The notes under the pieces are model-generated. The model saw nothing but the letters and a program-made list of their open reading frames with translations. It searched no databases and was not told where the DNA came from. Shown here one piece after another: positions 38,403-50,591 of a stretch of 64,000 nt of DNA. This stretch comes from Eledone cirrhosa. Its lineage: Eukaryota. Where the stretch lies: NCBI GenBank assembly GCA_964016885.1, contig OZ024740.1, positions 40,858,001-40,922,000 on the forward strand. The letters run 5' to 3'. Position 1 is the first letter of the stretch; every line of letters begins with the position of its first letter. Position numbers and translations under genes: made by a program.

Positions 38403-41087
38403 AGGCGCTGCCCGTGGTGAAAGTTTTTGTGAGGGGAAAGCCACAGCGAGCCCTCGTGGACACGGGCTGTACGACAACACTGGTGACCACAGGGGTGGTG
38501 CAGAGGTGGAGAGGGAAGAGCAGCGTAAGGGCAGTCGATGGTAGGAAAATTGAATGCCGAGGTTGCAGCGAGGTGGAGATGGCGGTACGGGGAAAGAAAA
38601 TAAGGCTTTCTGCCATCGTAGTCGACAACGGGGTGGATGGGATCAGCGTAGTTATGGGCACGGACGCAATTGGCCGTCTAGGAAGCGTCACAGTGAACAA
38701 TGTCGGTGTGTCATTTGGCTGCGCCGCATCGGTATGCGCTGTGAGTACACGACAGGAGAACCAGAAGGCCCGCGAGGAGAAATATCCCGCTTACACTATA
38801 CAAAACAAAGACTTCAAGGCCGTGTTCGATGGGCAGCGATGGGTTGTTGAGTGATACTGAAGGGAGAACCACCAACACTGAAGACCAAAATGGCTATCAA
38901 CACACATTGAAGGGAGACATTAGAAGCGAGTTCGAGTGAGAGGTAGAGAGATGGATTGAGGAGGGCATACTGCTTCCCTGGAAAGAGGAGGTGAAGTGTG
39001 GAGTATTGCCGTTAATGGCAGTGGCGCAACCCACAAAGAACAAAGTGAGGCCGGTACTGGACTTTCGGGAGCTGAACGAGCACGTGTCACGCCACACGGG
39101 TGGTGAGGTCACGGATGTCTGTGGGAAACCCTGCGTGAGTGGAGACGCATGACGGGGGCTTCCGCAATCGTCGATCTAAAGTCGGCATACTTACAATTAC
39201 ACATAGATGAGAAGCTCTGGCAGTATCAGCTGGTCAGGTATAAGGGCCGGACATATTGCCTGACCAGGCTCGGTTCGGGCTGAGCTCCACACCGAAGATC
39301 ATGGCGGCGGTCCTCAAGACCATTTTGGGAAAGGCCGACAAGATGAAGAGGGCCACTAATTCCTACATTGATGACATCCTAGTGGACAAGTCTGTAGTGT
39401 TGGTGGCGGAGGTCACAAGCTATTTACAGGGGTATGAACTGGCTGCGAAGCCATCAGAAGCGTTGGAGGGAGGAGCCGCGCTGGGACTTAGGCTATGGCG
39501 AGACAGGACGGGCGTGTTAGTATTCCAGAGGGGAAATGAAGTTCCAGAACTGGGCCCAAGTATGAGTAGGCGGGAGCTTTTCTCGGTGTGTGGAAAGTTG
39601 GTGGGTCACTACCCGATTGCTGGGTGGCTCCGGACGGCATGCAGCTATGTCAAGAGACGAGCGGGCGGGGTGACTTGGAGTGATAGAGTGGGAGAGAGGA
39701 TGGTGGCTATGATGCAGGAGATCGTGGAGAGGCTGAAGGCCGATGACCCAGTGCGGGGACGCCGGTATGTTCCCAAATCGCAGAGTGGGACCGTATGGTG
39801 CAATGCCAGCAGCATTACGCTAGCTGTCATGTTGGAGATAGGAGGTGTTGAGGTTGAGGATGCAGCCTGGCTTAGGAAGAAGGACGATTGCAACCACATC
39901 AGTGTGGCCGAACTGGACGTGGTGTTGAGAGGGGTGAACCTCGCCCTGAGGTGGGGACTTGCACCATCGAGATTCGCACCGACTCGGCTACTGTACTCGC
40001 CAGTGAGAAGAGAGTGCAAACGAGAGGGGCGGCGGAGATGCCGATAAAGCGCCGCCTGGGAACTTTAAGAGAGCTGGCCGCCGAGTTTGACCAGAGACTC
40101 AGCGTAGTTTTCGTGCCCTCAGAGAAAAGTAGGGCGGACGTTTTAACCAGGGTGAAGAAAGCCTGGATGGAAGCGCCGGAGGATGTAGAAGAGGAGATAG
40201 CTGCCGTGTGTCAGCTGACTGAGTCGGATCTGAAAGGGTTGCATGACATGCACCACATGGGAGTGGATAGGACTCTGTTCCTAGCCAGGAGAATCGACTC
40301 GGACGTTAACAGACACAGTGTTCAAAGAGAGGTTAGAGGCTGCGTCCGATGTCAGTCCATTGATCCCGCCGCAGGTGTGCACGAAACGGGAAGCCTCCCG
40401 GTGGATCATGACTGGAAGTGATTGGCGGTGGATGTAACGCACTACCAACACGGAACGTACCTCTCAATGGTCGACTGTGGACCGGGACAGATAGCGATAT
40501 GGAGGGAGATGAAGACTGGAATGGCAGAGGAAATCACGCGGAATTTGAGAAAGGTGTTCTTGGAGCGGCGGGGCCCTGTGGACGAACTGCTGATGGACAA
40601 CAGCACAGTGTTCCGCTCAGAGGCGCTGAGGGAGATGCTCGATGGATGGAAGGTGGACCGTTTCTTCAGAGCAGCATACAGGCCGAGCGGAACTGGAATG
40701 ATGGAGCGACACCACCGGACGATCAAAGCAATGGCGGGGCGGGGCCACATCTCACCAATAGAGGCAGTGTTCTGGTACAACATGTCTCCTCGGGTGGGAC
40801 AGGTTCAGGAATCTGTGCCATACAGAGCAGTATTCAGATACGAGTGGCGTGCACGGGTGCCGCCACTCGTATCTGAACGGCCAGTGGAGAGAGAGAATGC
40901 ATTCGTGCAGGTGGGCGAAGAAGTCTGGGTTAAGCCCCCAGATGCATGTTGCACATCTCAATGGGGAAGGGGAATGGTGACGGCTGTAAATTCCCAGAAC
41001 AATGTGTCCGTGGACGGAGTACCACGTCATATCCTGGATGTCCATAGAATTACTGTGTCAACGGACTCCGAGGAAGAGGAAACCTAA
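38358..41087 (+). pseudogene. Gypsy pol (PR, RT, RNase H, integrase), disrupted
   Basis: PR LVDTGC; RT RPVLDFRELN, DLKSAYLQ, YIDD; IN HHCC (HDMHHMGV...CVRC), VDVT, LMDNS, GMMERHHRTIK; several in-frame stops and frameshifts. Confidence 0.9.
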
Positions 41088-41842
41088 AGTGCCGCCCCAA
41101 CACTACGGAGATCGCAAAGAAGTCGCAAACCACCAACCTGGACAGCAGACTTTCATATGCAGCAGGACGAGGGAGAAATTGATCCTTGAGATCAGAGGGG
41201 GGGTGTGTGGGTATGGTGTGGTGTGCCGTGGCCGGAGGCTGGGGAGTGCTCGACCGTAAGAGTGCTTGACCGGAAGGGTGCTCGACCGGAAGGGCCAGCA
41301 GGTCTGCCTCTCTCTAGGGTGGTCAGCGAACGTGGTGGACGTCAGTTTTTGAGCTCCCGGTTAACGAGTTGGATTGTACGGACGTGGGAGAGGAGAAACC
41401 AGCCATTGGATTAGCGGTGCCAGCGAAAGCAGTAAGTGAAGTAGCTTTTTCTAACCACAGTTGGCTCATCAAATATGATAGCATTAATAATTAGAAGAAA
41501 ATATTGCAAATCATCATCATCAGCATTTTTTTTTGTTGACTTTTCCATGCTGACATGGGTTGGATGGCTCTTTTTGAGAATGTTTTACATCCAGATGTCC
41601 TTCCTGACACCAACCCTTTTAGTCACTTCTTACAGAGATGTGCTGTACCAATTCTAAACTGGATACACATACAATTAAGTATAGTAAAAAAAAAAAAAAT
41701 CAAGGCAAATGGTTTGCGTGATTAAGAATTGCTTTAGTTATTAAAGCTGAGAAACATTTGATATTTTGGAGAAGGTGTCAGCTCATATTTGGAACTTGCT
41801 GTTCAGATCTGATTTCTGCTGCTATGTGAGGTTATTGACAAA

Positions 41843-42807
41843 ATAGATAAACTACACAACTGGTGCTTGAATTATACAATAGACAAACTACAATATTGGT
41901 ACCTGAATTATACAATGGACAAACTACAATACTGGTGACTGAATTATACAATGGACAAACTACAATACTGGTGCTTGAATTATACAATGGACAAACTACA
42001 ATACTGGTGCCTGAATTATACAATGGTCAAACTACAATACTGGTGCCTGAATTATACAATGGACAAACTACAATACTGGTGCTTGAATTATACAATGGAC
42101 AAACTACAATACTGGTGCCTGAATTATACAATGGACAAACTACAATACTGGTGCCTGAATTATACAATGGACAAACTACAATACTGGTGCCTGAATTATA
42201 CAATGGTCAAACTACAATACTGGTACCTGAATTATACAATGGACAAACTACAATACTGGTGCTTGAATTATACAATGGACAAACTACAATACTGGTGCCT
42301 GAATTATACAATGGACAAACTACAATACTGGTACCTGAATTATACAATGGTCAAACTACAATACTGGTACCTGAATTATACAATGGACAAACTACAATAC
42401 TGGTACCTGAATTATACAATGGACAAACTACAATACTGGTACCTGAATTATACAATGGACAAACTACAATACTGGTACCTGAATTATACAATGGACAAAC
42501 TACAATACTGGTGCCTGAATTATACAATGGACAAACTACAATACTGGTAGCTGAATTATACAATGGACAAACTACAATACTGGTACCTGAATTATACAAT
42601 GGACAAACTACAATACTGGTACCTGAATTATACAATGGACAAACTACAATACTGGTGCTTGAATTATACAATGGACAAACTACAATACTGGTACCTGAAT
42701 TATACAATGGACAAACTACAATACTGGTGCCTGAATTATACAATGGACAAACTACAATACTGGTACCTGAATTATACAATGGACAAACTACAATACTGGT
42801 GCCTGAA
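41843..42807. repeat. 36-bp minisatellite, about 27 copies
   Basis: Unit GAATTATACAATGGACAAACTACAATACTGGT(G/A)C(C/T)T, highly homogeneous. Confidence 0.97.
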
Positions 42808-43529
42808 TGACAGCAATATTTTGGCAGTATCGGTAGAGGGTCGGACGCCATGCTTTCCAGCATAGTTACGTCCCTTTACGATCTGAGTTCAAATCCCGCT
42901 GAGGTTGACTTTGCCTTTCATCCTTACGGGGTCGATAAAATAAAGTACCAGTAATGAACTGGATAATTGCTGGCCTTGTGCCTAATGTAGAAACAAATAT
43001 TAAAGCAACTACCATTCCATTAACTATTCTTAAAGAAAGAACAGTTGAATTAATTGAAACCATCAAAGATTATTTATGGAAAGTACCAGATTGATAGCTC
43101 CAAACTGTTTCAGACAAATCAAATTGACATAAAACATGCAAGAACAAATATTATAAAAAATTATTTTCTTAAATGAGGTGTACTCAACTACTTAAAGAAA
43201 ATTTATAAATTGTTAATTCTGTAGCATAAAATATTGAAATTTGAGACTAGTTAGTGAGGTGAGCAATCAAATAGTAGTAGGTAAATATATATATATCATC
43301 ATCAATGTTTAACGTTTATCTTCCACTCTAGCATTGGTAGGACGAGCTGTCCTTTGTGAGGGATCAGGTTGGGGGATCGTGATTCACTCACTGGCTTGGT
43401 TTCTACAGCTGGATGTCCTTTCTAACACCAACCACATTTACAGTGTGTGCTGATGGTTCTATTTCAGTTTTGACTGCCAAAACTGAAATAGAACCATCAG
43501 CACAGTTGAGGTATGTCAGACATCAATTT

Positions 43530-43593
43530 ATTTTATCTGATGAGGACGTACTGATGAAACAGCTCAGTACCTCTGAAATATATATAATAAAAT
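43530..43593 (+). ncRNA. Type I hammerhead ribozyme motif in a Penelope-like pLTR remnant
   Basis: Stem I ATTTTAT/ATAAAAT; CTGATGA; stem II GGACGTACTGA/TCAGTACCTCT; GAAA; palindromic TATATA; UA cleavage site. Confidence 0.7.
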
Positions 43594-43606
43594 CACATGA
43601 AAGTCT

Positions 43607-45125
43607 ATCATCATCATCATCATCATCAACGTTTAACGTCCGTGTTCCACGCTTGCATGGGTTTGGACGGGGTTTTTCCCACTTGAGGCAAGAGTGATTG
43701 TCTTGCTCGCATAGGACTGTCTGGCGGGTTTTCTACAGCTGGATGCCCTTCCTAACACCAACCACATTTACAGTGTGGGGCTGTGAGGTTTTTACCGTGT
43801 TGCCTACACGGCCACATTACAGCATGGACTGTGTGTTTTTTTGTCGTGACATCTACACGATCTCATTTGTTTCGGTCTGGATGTTGTGGCACCAACATAA
43901 CTTTACATTGAAAGGGGCGGTGTGGATGGGGTGGAGGTGGTGGGACGGGGGTGTATTTTGTTAGAGATGCCTACTGACTGTAGTAGGTTTTACTTTGTAT
44001 TTAGGTAAGGTGGGTCTTCTCTATTACTGAGTACCGGCAAAGGTCTCGGTCCAGTGACATTGTCTTGGAGAGGTGTAAGTGTGTGAGGTCGGAATTTATC
44101 AGCTCGTCCCAGGTTTTTCTGGGTCTGCCTACTCCGTGGCTACCGTCTATCTTTATTGCCCTGCACTTTGTTATACAGCTATCGTCTTTCATGCGCATCA
44201 CGTGACCATACCAACGTAGCCTTCTCTCGAGTAAACAACATCTGATCCCTCTTATTTCTAATTTTTTCCTTAGTTCGTTTATGCTTTGCCGTTCACGTAT
44301 ATTACTATTACACATCCAGTGGAGCATGCAAGCTTCGGTCCTCTCTAGTCTGCGTATATCCTCTGCACACAATGCCCAGGTCTCACTGCCATGCAACATT
44401 GCTGTTCGTATGCAGGCATCATACAACCTGCCTTTCATTTTTAGGGAGAACCCTTTAGCGGCTAATAGTGGTATAAGCTCTCTGAACTTTTTCCATCCAG
44501 TTCTGACTCTAGCTACTGTACTTTCAGAGGACCCTCCCCCACTGCTGATTTTGTCACCCAGGTAACGGAAGCTGTCCACTATTTCTATAGAACCCTCTGC
44601 ACAGTTGAAAGAGCTAGTATTTTGTGGGCACTTGCTGCTACTTATTGCACCAGAGCACCGGCCACATGTAAAATCTATGTTCTTAGTTAGCTTACCTGTG
44701 ATCCCACTACATCTTTTATGCACCCATACTTTGCATTTGGGACACAAAATGGAGTTTCTACCTACGCCTTTCCTACACACTGAGCATGGCCACTTCCCGG
44801 AAGGGACCGCCGCCTTATTTTCTTTCTTACAAAGTAGAACTTTAGTCTTAGCCAGGTTAATTATAAGGACTTTTGATTCTAGGCCGTGCTTCCATGCTTG
44901 GAATTTCTTCTCTAGCTCGGCCATTGATTCAGCTATGAGTGTTAGGTCATCTGCGTATAGGAGTTCCCATGGGCAGCCGGTCTTGAACTCCTCTGTTATA
45001 GCCTGAAGGGCAATAATAAATAGTAGGGGGCTTAGAACAGAGCCCTGATGGACGCAAACTTTTACGCTAAACTCTTCACTATATTCGTTGTTAATTCTAA
45101 CCTTGCTGATTGTTTCTTTATACAT
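43607..45125 (-). mobile_element. 5'-truncated RTE LINE (ORF 44001-45125)
   Basis: Same family as the copies at 3770 and 16915; YADD motif, PHD finger and (GAT)n tail. Confidence 0.95.
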
Positions 45126-45241
45126 AATATTTTGAAGTAATATTAATAACTCCAGAAAACCTATCTGTTGAGTGCTTCTAATCTATTATTGTAAAACTAT
45201 ATTCATTGATTAATCAATGAACCTTGTTAAACTTACGGGTG

Positions 45242-45242
<1 letters not shown>

Positions 45243-45311
<69 letters not shown>
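45243..45311. repeat. (TA)n microsatellite
   Basis: Direct reading. Confidence 0.95.
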
Positions 45312-45313
<2 letters not shown>

Positions 45314-45425
45314 AGACCCATGTTAGCGTGGAAAATGGACGTTAAACGATATATATATATATATATATATAAAATAAAGTAATTAAGTCAAATATTTAAA
45401 ATTTGGCTTCGTTTATTAAAGATGT

Positions 45426-45480
45426 ACTGCTATATATATTTCGGTGACAGCCATCATTAGCTGTGACCTCTTCAGGCAGT
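45426..45480 (-). ncRNA. Type I hammerhead ribozyme (Penelope pLTR), sense to the AGXT2 pre-mRNA
   Basis: Reverse complement reads ACTGC-CTGAAGA-GGTCACAGC(taatgatg)GCTGTCACC-GAAA-TATATA-TA-GCAGT. Confidence 0.85.
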
Positions 45481-46452
45481 CCGAATTGGTGTGGTAGAGA
45501 CAGGTACACATGTTGTTAAAGTGTTTTACTCTGTCAATACTCCGATATGTCCAGCTCCTGGTTGGGTTGTTATTTCTCAGAGGAACTGGAATCATATGAA
45601 TTCGAACAAACGAATTTTGGCATCATAGGACACTCTCTCCTCCCATTGGTCAGTTGTGAAAATATTCCTCAGTCAAAAGTCTATAGAAATTATTTTCTGA
45701 GGCAAGACAATCTGTTGTGGGTGTTTTTGTTAAGTACAGCTGCCCTCCTCCCTTGTGTTTATTGGTATTAGGGGGTCAGCTGGCAAGTCAGCCTTAGTTC
45801 TACTGCTGCTGTCTTTAGAAGAATGAGTGTATGTGGGTTGGCATCAATCCTACCACCCTTTCACGTGGTGGTGGTCGGGGGGGGGGGGGAAACAGATAAT
45901 GAAATAAGATAAAGTAAAATGAAGAAATAAAATATAAAAAAATAAAATAAAATAAAATAAATAATAAAATAATAAGATAAGATACAATAAAATGAAGAAG
46001 TAAAAAAAAAATAAATAAATAAATAAATAAATAAAATAGAATAAAATGCATGTTTGTTATAGCCAATATCAAATATCAAAGAAGAATAAAGTGCGTGTGT
46101 GTTATAGCCAATATTAAAGTTTGAAAGATTTGAAAAATATTGACTGAAGTATAAAGGCTATGTGTCAGAATCGGGAAATGCAAAGGATTACGATCTTTAC
46201 ACCGGAGGTGGTGCGTTTTAAGAGCAAATGAGGCAAGATTGGAGTGTAAAACACCATAACCTGAGTGTCAAAATCCGGAAATGCAGAGGACCACAGTTTT
46301 TAATTCGGCATAGAGTACATATGCGTGTATGTCAACCCACATCGTTGCAAGCGCACACGCACAAAGACGGGCCTAGGTGCAGCCCATATTCACACACACC
46401 CACACAGATTATACAAACACACACACACCCATATATATATATGTATATATAT

Positions 46453-46518
<66 letters not shown>

Positions 46519-46805
46519 GTATGAGTGCATGTACAATCTTAAATAACAGGATCTATGTATGGACATATGCATGTCTGTGCTGCCATAGGAGTCCATCGAG
46601 GCAGGGGTAGAGGTGGTGAAAGTGTAGGGGGTAGTTTACCATGGGCTCGGTGTGGCAGGGCTACTGTCCCTATAGCTTGAGGGAAGTTCCCTTCCCAATG
46701 CGTTGTTGTTGCCCATATAGCTAGAGGAAGGTCCCGGCCCTGAGGTGTCTACATGTCCCGGGGAAGTCCCTATAGCTTGAGGGAAGTTCCCTTCCCAGTG
46801 TGTTG

Positions 46806-47182
46806 TTATTGTCCATATAGCTTGAGGAAGGTCCTGGCCCTGAGGTGTCTACATGTCCCAAAGAAGTCAGTCCTGAGGTTTATCAGGCTGCTTCCACCGC
46901 TGAGTATCTTGAGGGTCTCGCTCAGACATAGTTTGCAGATGCCAGATCCCCCTTTATCAGGTGGTACTTTCCTGATTTTGGACCAGGCCAGAGAGTATGG
47001 GGTCCTGTCCAGCCTGAGCTTCCAGATCAGTTCGGAAAGAGCCGTACTTTTCCTTTTGTCCTCCCTATTAAAGGAATGGCGATGGTTATGCCATCGGTCC
47101 TTAAAGCTCGTTGATGTGGCTCCTATGTAAAAGTGTTCAGAGTTGGGGGTTTTTACTCTACATCCGTATATTAAGTTCTGCA
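46806..47182 (-). pseudogene. Penelope GIY-YIG endonuclease C-terminal fragment (left arm)
   Basis: NLIYGCRV...FYIGATSTSFKDRWHNHRHSF...STALSELIWKL...CKLCLSE...LINLRTDFFGTCRH. Confidence 0.88.
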
Positions 47183-47276
47183 TACTGAGGTGTCGGTAAA
47201 CAACCAACATATACTCAAAATTTATCTAGCTCCACCACATGTTGAGGGCTTCAAACAGTAGCGGACTTAAGTCACT

Positions 47277-49154
47277 ATGGAAAAACTGGCAAACTTGGCG
47301 TCACTGAAGGATATCCTCCTACCTGGCAAACGAGAATACACCAGTGAGCTCATCAGAAGTACGGACTCCCTTGTCCGTAGGATGAGATGGAGGGCGTTCC
47401 ACTTTGAAAGAGGAACGCCTAAAATTACCAACACCCAAAACATAGAGTACCTTTTTAGATCAAGGAGGAACCTTCCCCACAACAGGCTAATGGAGGAGTA
47501 CGAAAACATTATTACCAACCTCAAATTCTCCAGAAACCAACCCAGAAGTCAGGAGTACTTCAGACACCTGGGAAACGGGATTACAAAACTTAAAGAGACA
47601 ACTGGAATACTTGTCCATGCTGACAAACCAACAACCTCTACAACATGGACATTGAACTGTATAATAAGATAATTCTCAGGGAACTGAGGAAATGCTACAA
47701 AAAAACACCTGGAGTTACCCTGGATGAGATCAATGCCACAGCTTACAGGATTATATCCGGAATTGGCATAGAGGATAGGACGGCCCCATACCAACCAAGG
47801 GAGCCGCGGATTACCCTTAAGGACCACAAGCCAAACTTTGAGTCCGACCTCCTGGTTAGACTAATAGCCCCCTCCAGATCAGACCTATGGAACGTCAGTA
47901 AAAACTTACTGGATAGGATTTTGCCCAAGCTTCGGAAAAAAACTAGATTACAGCAATGGTCATGCACGGGAGAGGTAATAGAATGGTTTAAGATACTACC
48001 TGAGAAAAGTAGGACCAGCTTTATCCAACTGGATATTGCAGGCTACTACTCCTCAATCTCGCCCATAGTACTCAATAAGGCCCTTATTTTAGCGATGTCC
48101 AATACGGACCTAACACGTGAGGAGGTGGGCATCATCCACACCGCCCGAAAGACCCTGATCAGTTTCGGTGGAGACCTTTGGATCAGAAGTGATTGGCCAA
48201 ATAACTTTGACCTCACGATGGGCTCCAGCGACTCTGCACAGGTAATGGACCTGGTCGGGCTATTCCCGCTGAAGCAGGTAAAAGATGAAATCCCCTGCCT
48301 GGGCGGCAGATTGTATCGTGACAATGCAGTCTTCACAGTCTATGACCACAGCACCACTATGGTGGAGAGAATGAAGAGGCGTTTTCGGCATTTCTTTAAG
48401 AACCATGGGCTCAATATCGAACTAAACCCAAATAGAAAGGTAGTTAACTTCCTAGACACCACACTAAACCTGAACACCGAGCAATACTACCCCTATCACA
48501 AGCCCAACGAGAAACTGGTATATGTTAACGCCAAGTCAAACTACCCTAGATCCATAATTAAGGCCGTAGTGAAGAGTGTCTCGGACAGGATCTCCAGCCT
48601 GTCCGCAAATAAGGAGATCTTCGATAGCAACGTGGAATATTACAACACAGCTCTAAACAAGGCGGCGCATGGCCAAAATATATCATATAATCCGAGGCGC
48701 CATGACGGGGATAGCCCAACGGATTTACCGACCCACGGGATCTGGGATTAAGGAAATCCTAACAATACAAGCAGAGTAAAAACAACTAAACACCAGGAAC
48801 CCGACACCACCACATTGGCGAGGGGCACGCGTACACATAACCATGGGAGGAAACCCAGTACGAGTAGTGGTCTCAGGGGTGATATCAATCACCCCGTGCC
48901 CAACGCCCCCAACCACAAGACACAAAGCGGAACCGATGGAAGACCATCCCATCGTAGAACTCCCAGCGTGGGTAACAACTACCTCAAAGATATGGGCCGG
49001 GAAGTTAGCAGAACACATAGCACCCAAAGGACCTTAGATACCGCAAGATCTTCAACAGACACACTGTAAAGCTCTCATATTCTACCACGCGAAATGTGGC
49101 CCAGCACATAGCTAGCATTAATAGGGGTAGACTTAAAAACCACACACAACCGGA
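47277..49154 (+). pseudogene. Penelope-like reverse transcriptase, frameshifted and lacking the linker to the endonuclease
   Basis: RRMRWRAFHF, ADK(T), RITLKDHKPNF, FIQLDIAGYYSSI, FDLTMGSSDSAQVMDLVG, LYRDN (D->N in the catalytic motif), VNFLDTTLNL, PYHKPN...SNYP, KIFNRHTVKLSYS. Confidence 0.9.
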
Positions 49155-49642
49155 AGTTCAATGTCCATGTTGTAGAGGTTGTTGGTTTTATCGGCATGGA
49201 CAAGTATTCCAGTTGTCTCTTTAAGTTTTGTAATCCCGTTTCCCAGGTGTCTGAGGTACTCTTGACTTCTGGGTGGGTTTCTGGAGAATTTGAGTTTGGA
49301 GATAATGTTGATCATCTCGTTTTCGAACTCCTCCATTAACCTGTTGTGGGGAGGGTTCCTCCTTGATCTAAAAAGGTACTCTATGTTTTGGGTGTTGGTA
49401 ATTTTAGGCGTTCCTCTTTCAAAGTGGAACGCCCTCCATCTCATCCTATGGACAAGGGAGTCCGTACTTCTGATGAGCTCACTTGTGTATTCTCGTTTGC
49501 CAGGTAGGGGGATATCCTTCAGTGACGCCAAGGTTGCCAGTTTTTCCATAGTGACTTAAGTCCGCTACTGTTTGAAGCACTCAACATGTGGTGGAGCTAG
49601 ATAAATTTTGAGTATATGTTGGTTGTTTACCGACACCTCAGT

Positions 49643-50020
49643 ATGCAGAACTTAATATACGGATGTAGAGTAAAAACCCCCAACTCTGAACACTTTTACA
49701 TAGGAGCCACATCAACGAGCTTTAAGGACCGATGGCATAACCATCGCCATTCCTTTAATAGGGAGGACAAAAGGAAAAGTACGGCTCTTTCCGAACTGAT
49801 CTGGAAGCTCAAGCTGGACAGGACCCCATACTCTCTGGCCTGGTCCAAAATCAGGAAAGTACCACCTGATAAAGGGGGATCTGGCATCTGCAAACTATGT
49901 CTGAGCGAGACCCTCAAGACACTCAGCGGTGGAAGCAGCCTGATAAACCTCAGGACTGACTTCTTTGGGACATGTAGACACCTCAGGGCCAGGACCTTCC
50001 TCAAGCTATATGGACAATAA
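49643..50020 (+). pseudogene. Penelope GIY-YIG endonuclease C-terminal fragment (right arm)
   Basis: Inverted copy of 46806-47182 with 2 amino-acid differences in the supplied ORFs. Confidence 0.88.
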
Positions 50021-50591
50021 CAACACACTGGGAAGGGAACTTCCCTCAAGCTATAGGGACTTCCCCGGGACATGTAGACACCTCAGGGCCGGGACCTTCC
50101 TCTAGCTATATGGGCAACAACAACGCATTGGGAAGGGAACTTTCTTCAGGCTATAGGGACAGTAGCCCCGCCACACCGAGCCCATGGTAAACCACCCCCT
50201 ACACTTTCACCACCCTTACCCCTGCCTCGAATGACTCCTATGGCAGCACAGACTTATGAATATGTCCATACATAGATCCTGTTATTTAAGATTGTACATG
50301 CACTGTTACTTACATATGTGTGTGTGTGTATGTGTGTGTGTGTGTGTGTGCGAGTATATATATACATATATATATATATGGGTGTGTGTGTGTTTGTATA
50401 ATCTGTGTGGGTGTGTGTGAATATGGGATGCACCTGGGCCTGTCTTTGTGCGTGTGGGCTTGCAACGATGTGGGTTGACATACACGCATATGTACTCTAT
50501 GCCAAATTAAAAACTGTGGTCCTCTGCATTTCCCGATTCTGACACATAGCCTTTCTACTTCAGTCAATATTTTCCAAATCTTTCAAACTTT

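Larger units (their letters stand above)
37231..41459 (+). mobile_element. Full-length Ty3/Gypsy LTR retrotransposon with decayed pol
   Basis: LTRs 37231-37500 and 41206-41459 (TG...CA); PPT AGAGGGGGGG at 41194-41203; 5-bp TSD ATTGG/GTTGG with one mismatch; domain order gag-PR-RT-RH-IN. Confidence 0.93.

Noticed and set aside
41843-42807. Regular array that could be mistaken for a CRISPR array or a repeat-protein gene
   Set aside because: Head-to-tail units with no unique spacers, eukaryotic intronic context, and no splice or cas evidence.
47277-50020. Selenocysteine recoding as reported for some Naiad PLEs
   Set aside because: No in-frame TGA at a Cys-like position was seen; the breaks are frameshifts and TAA/TAG stops.
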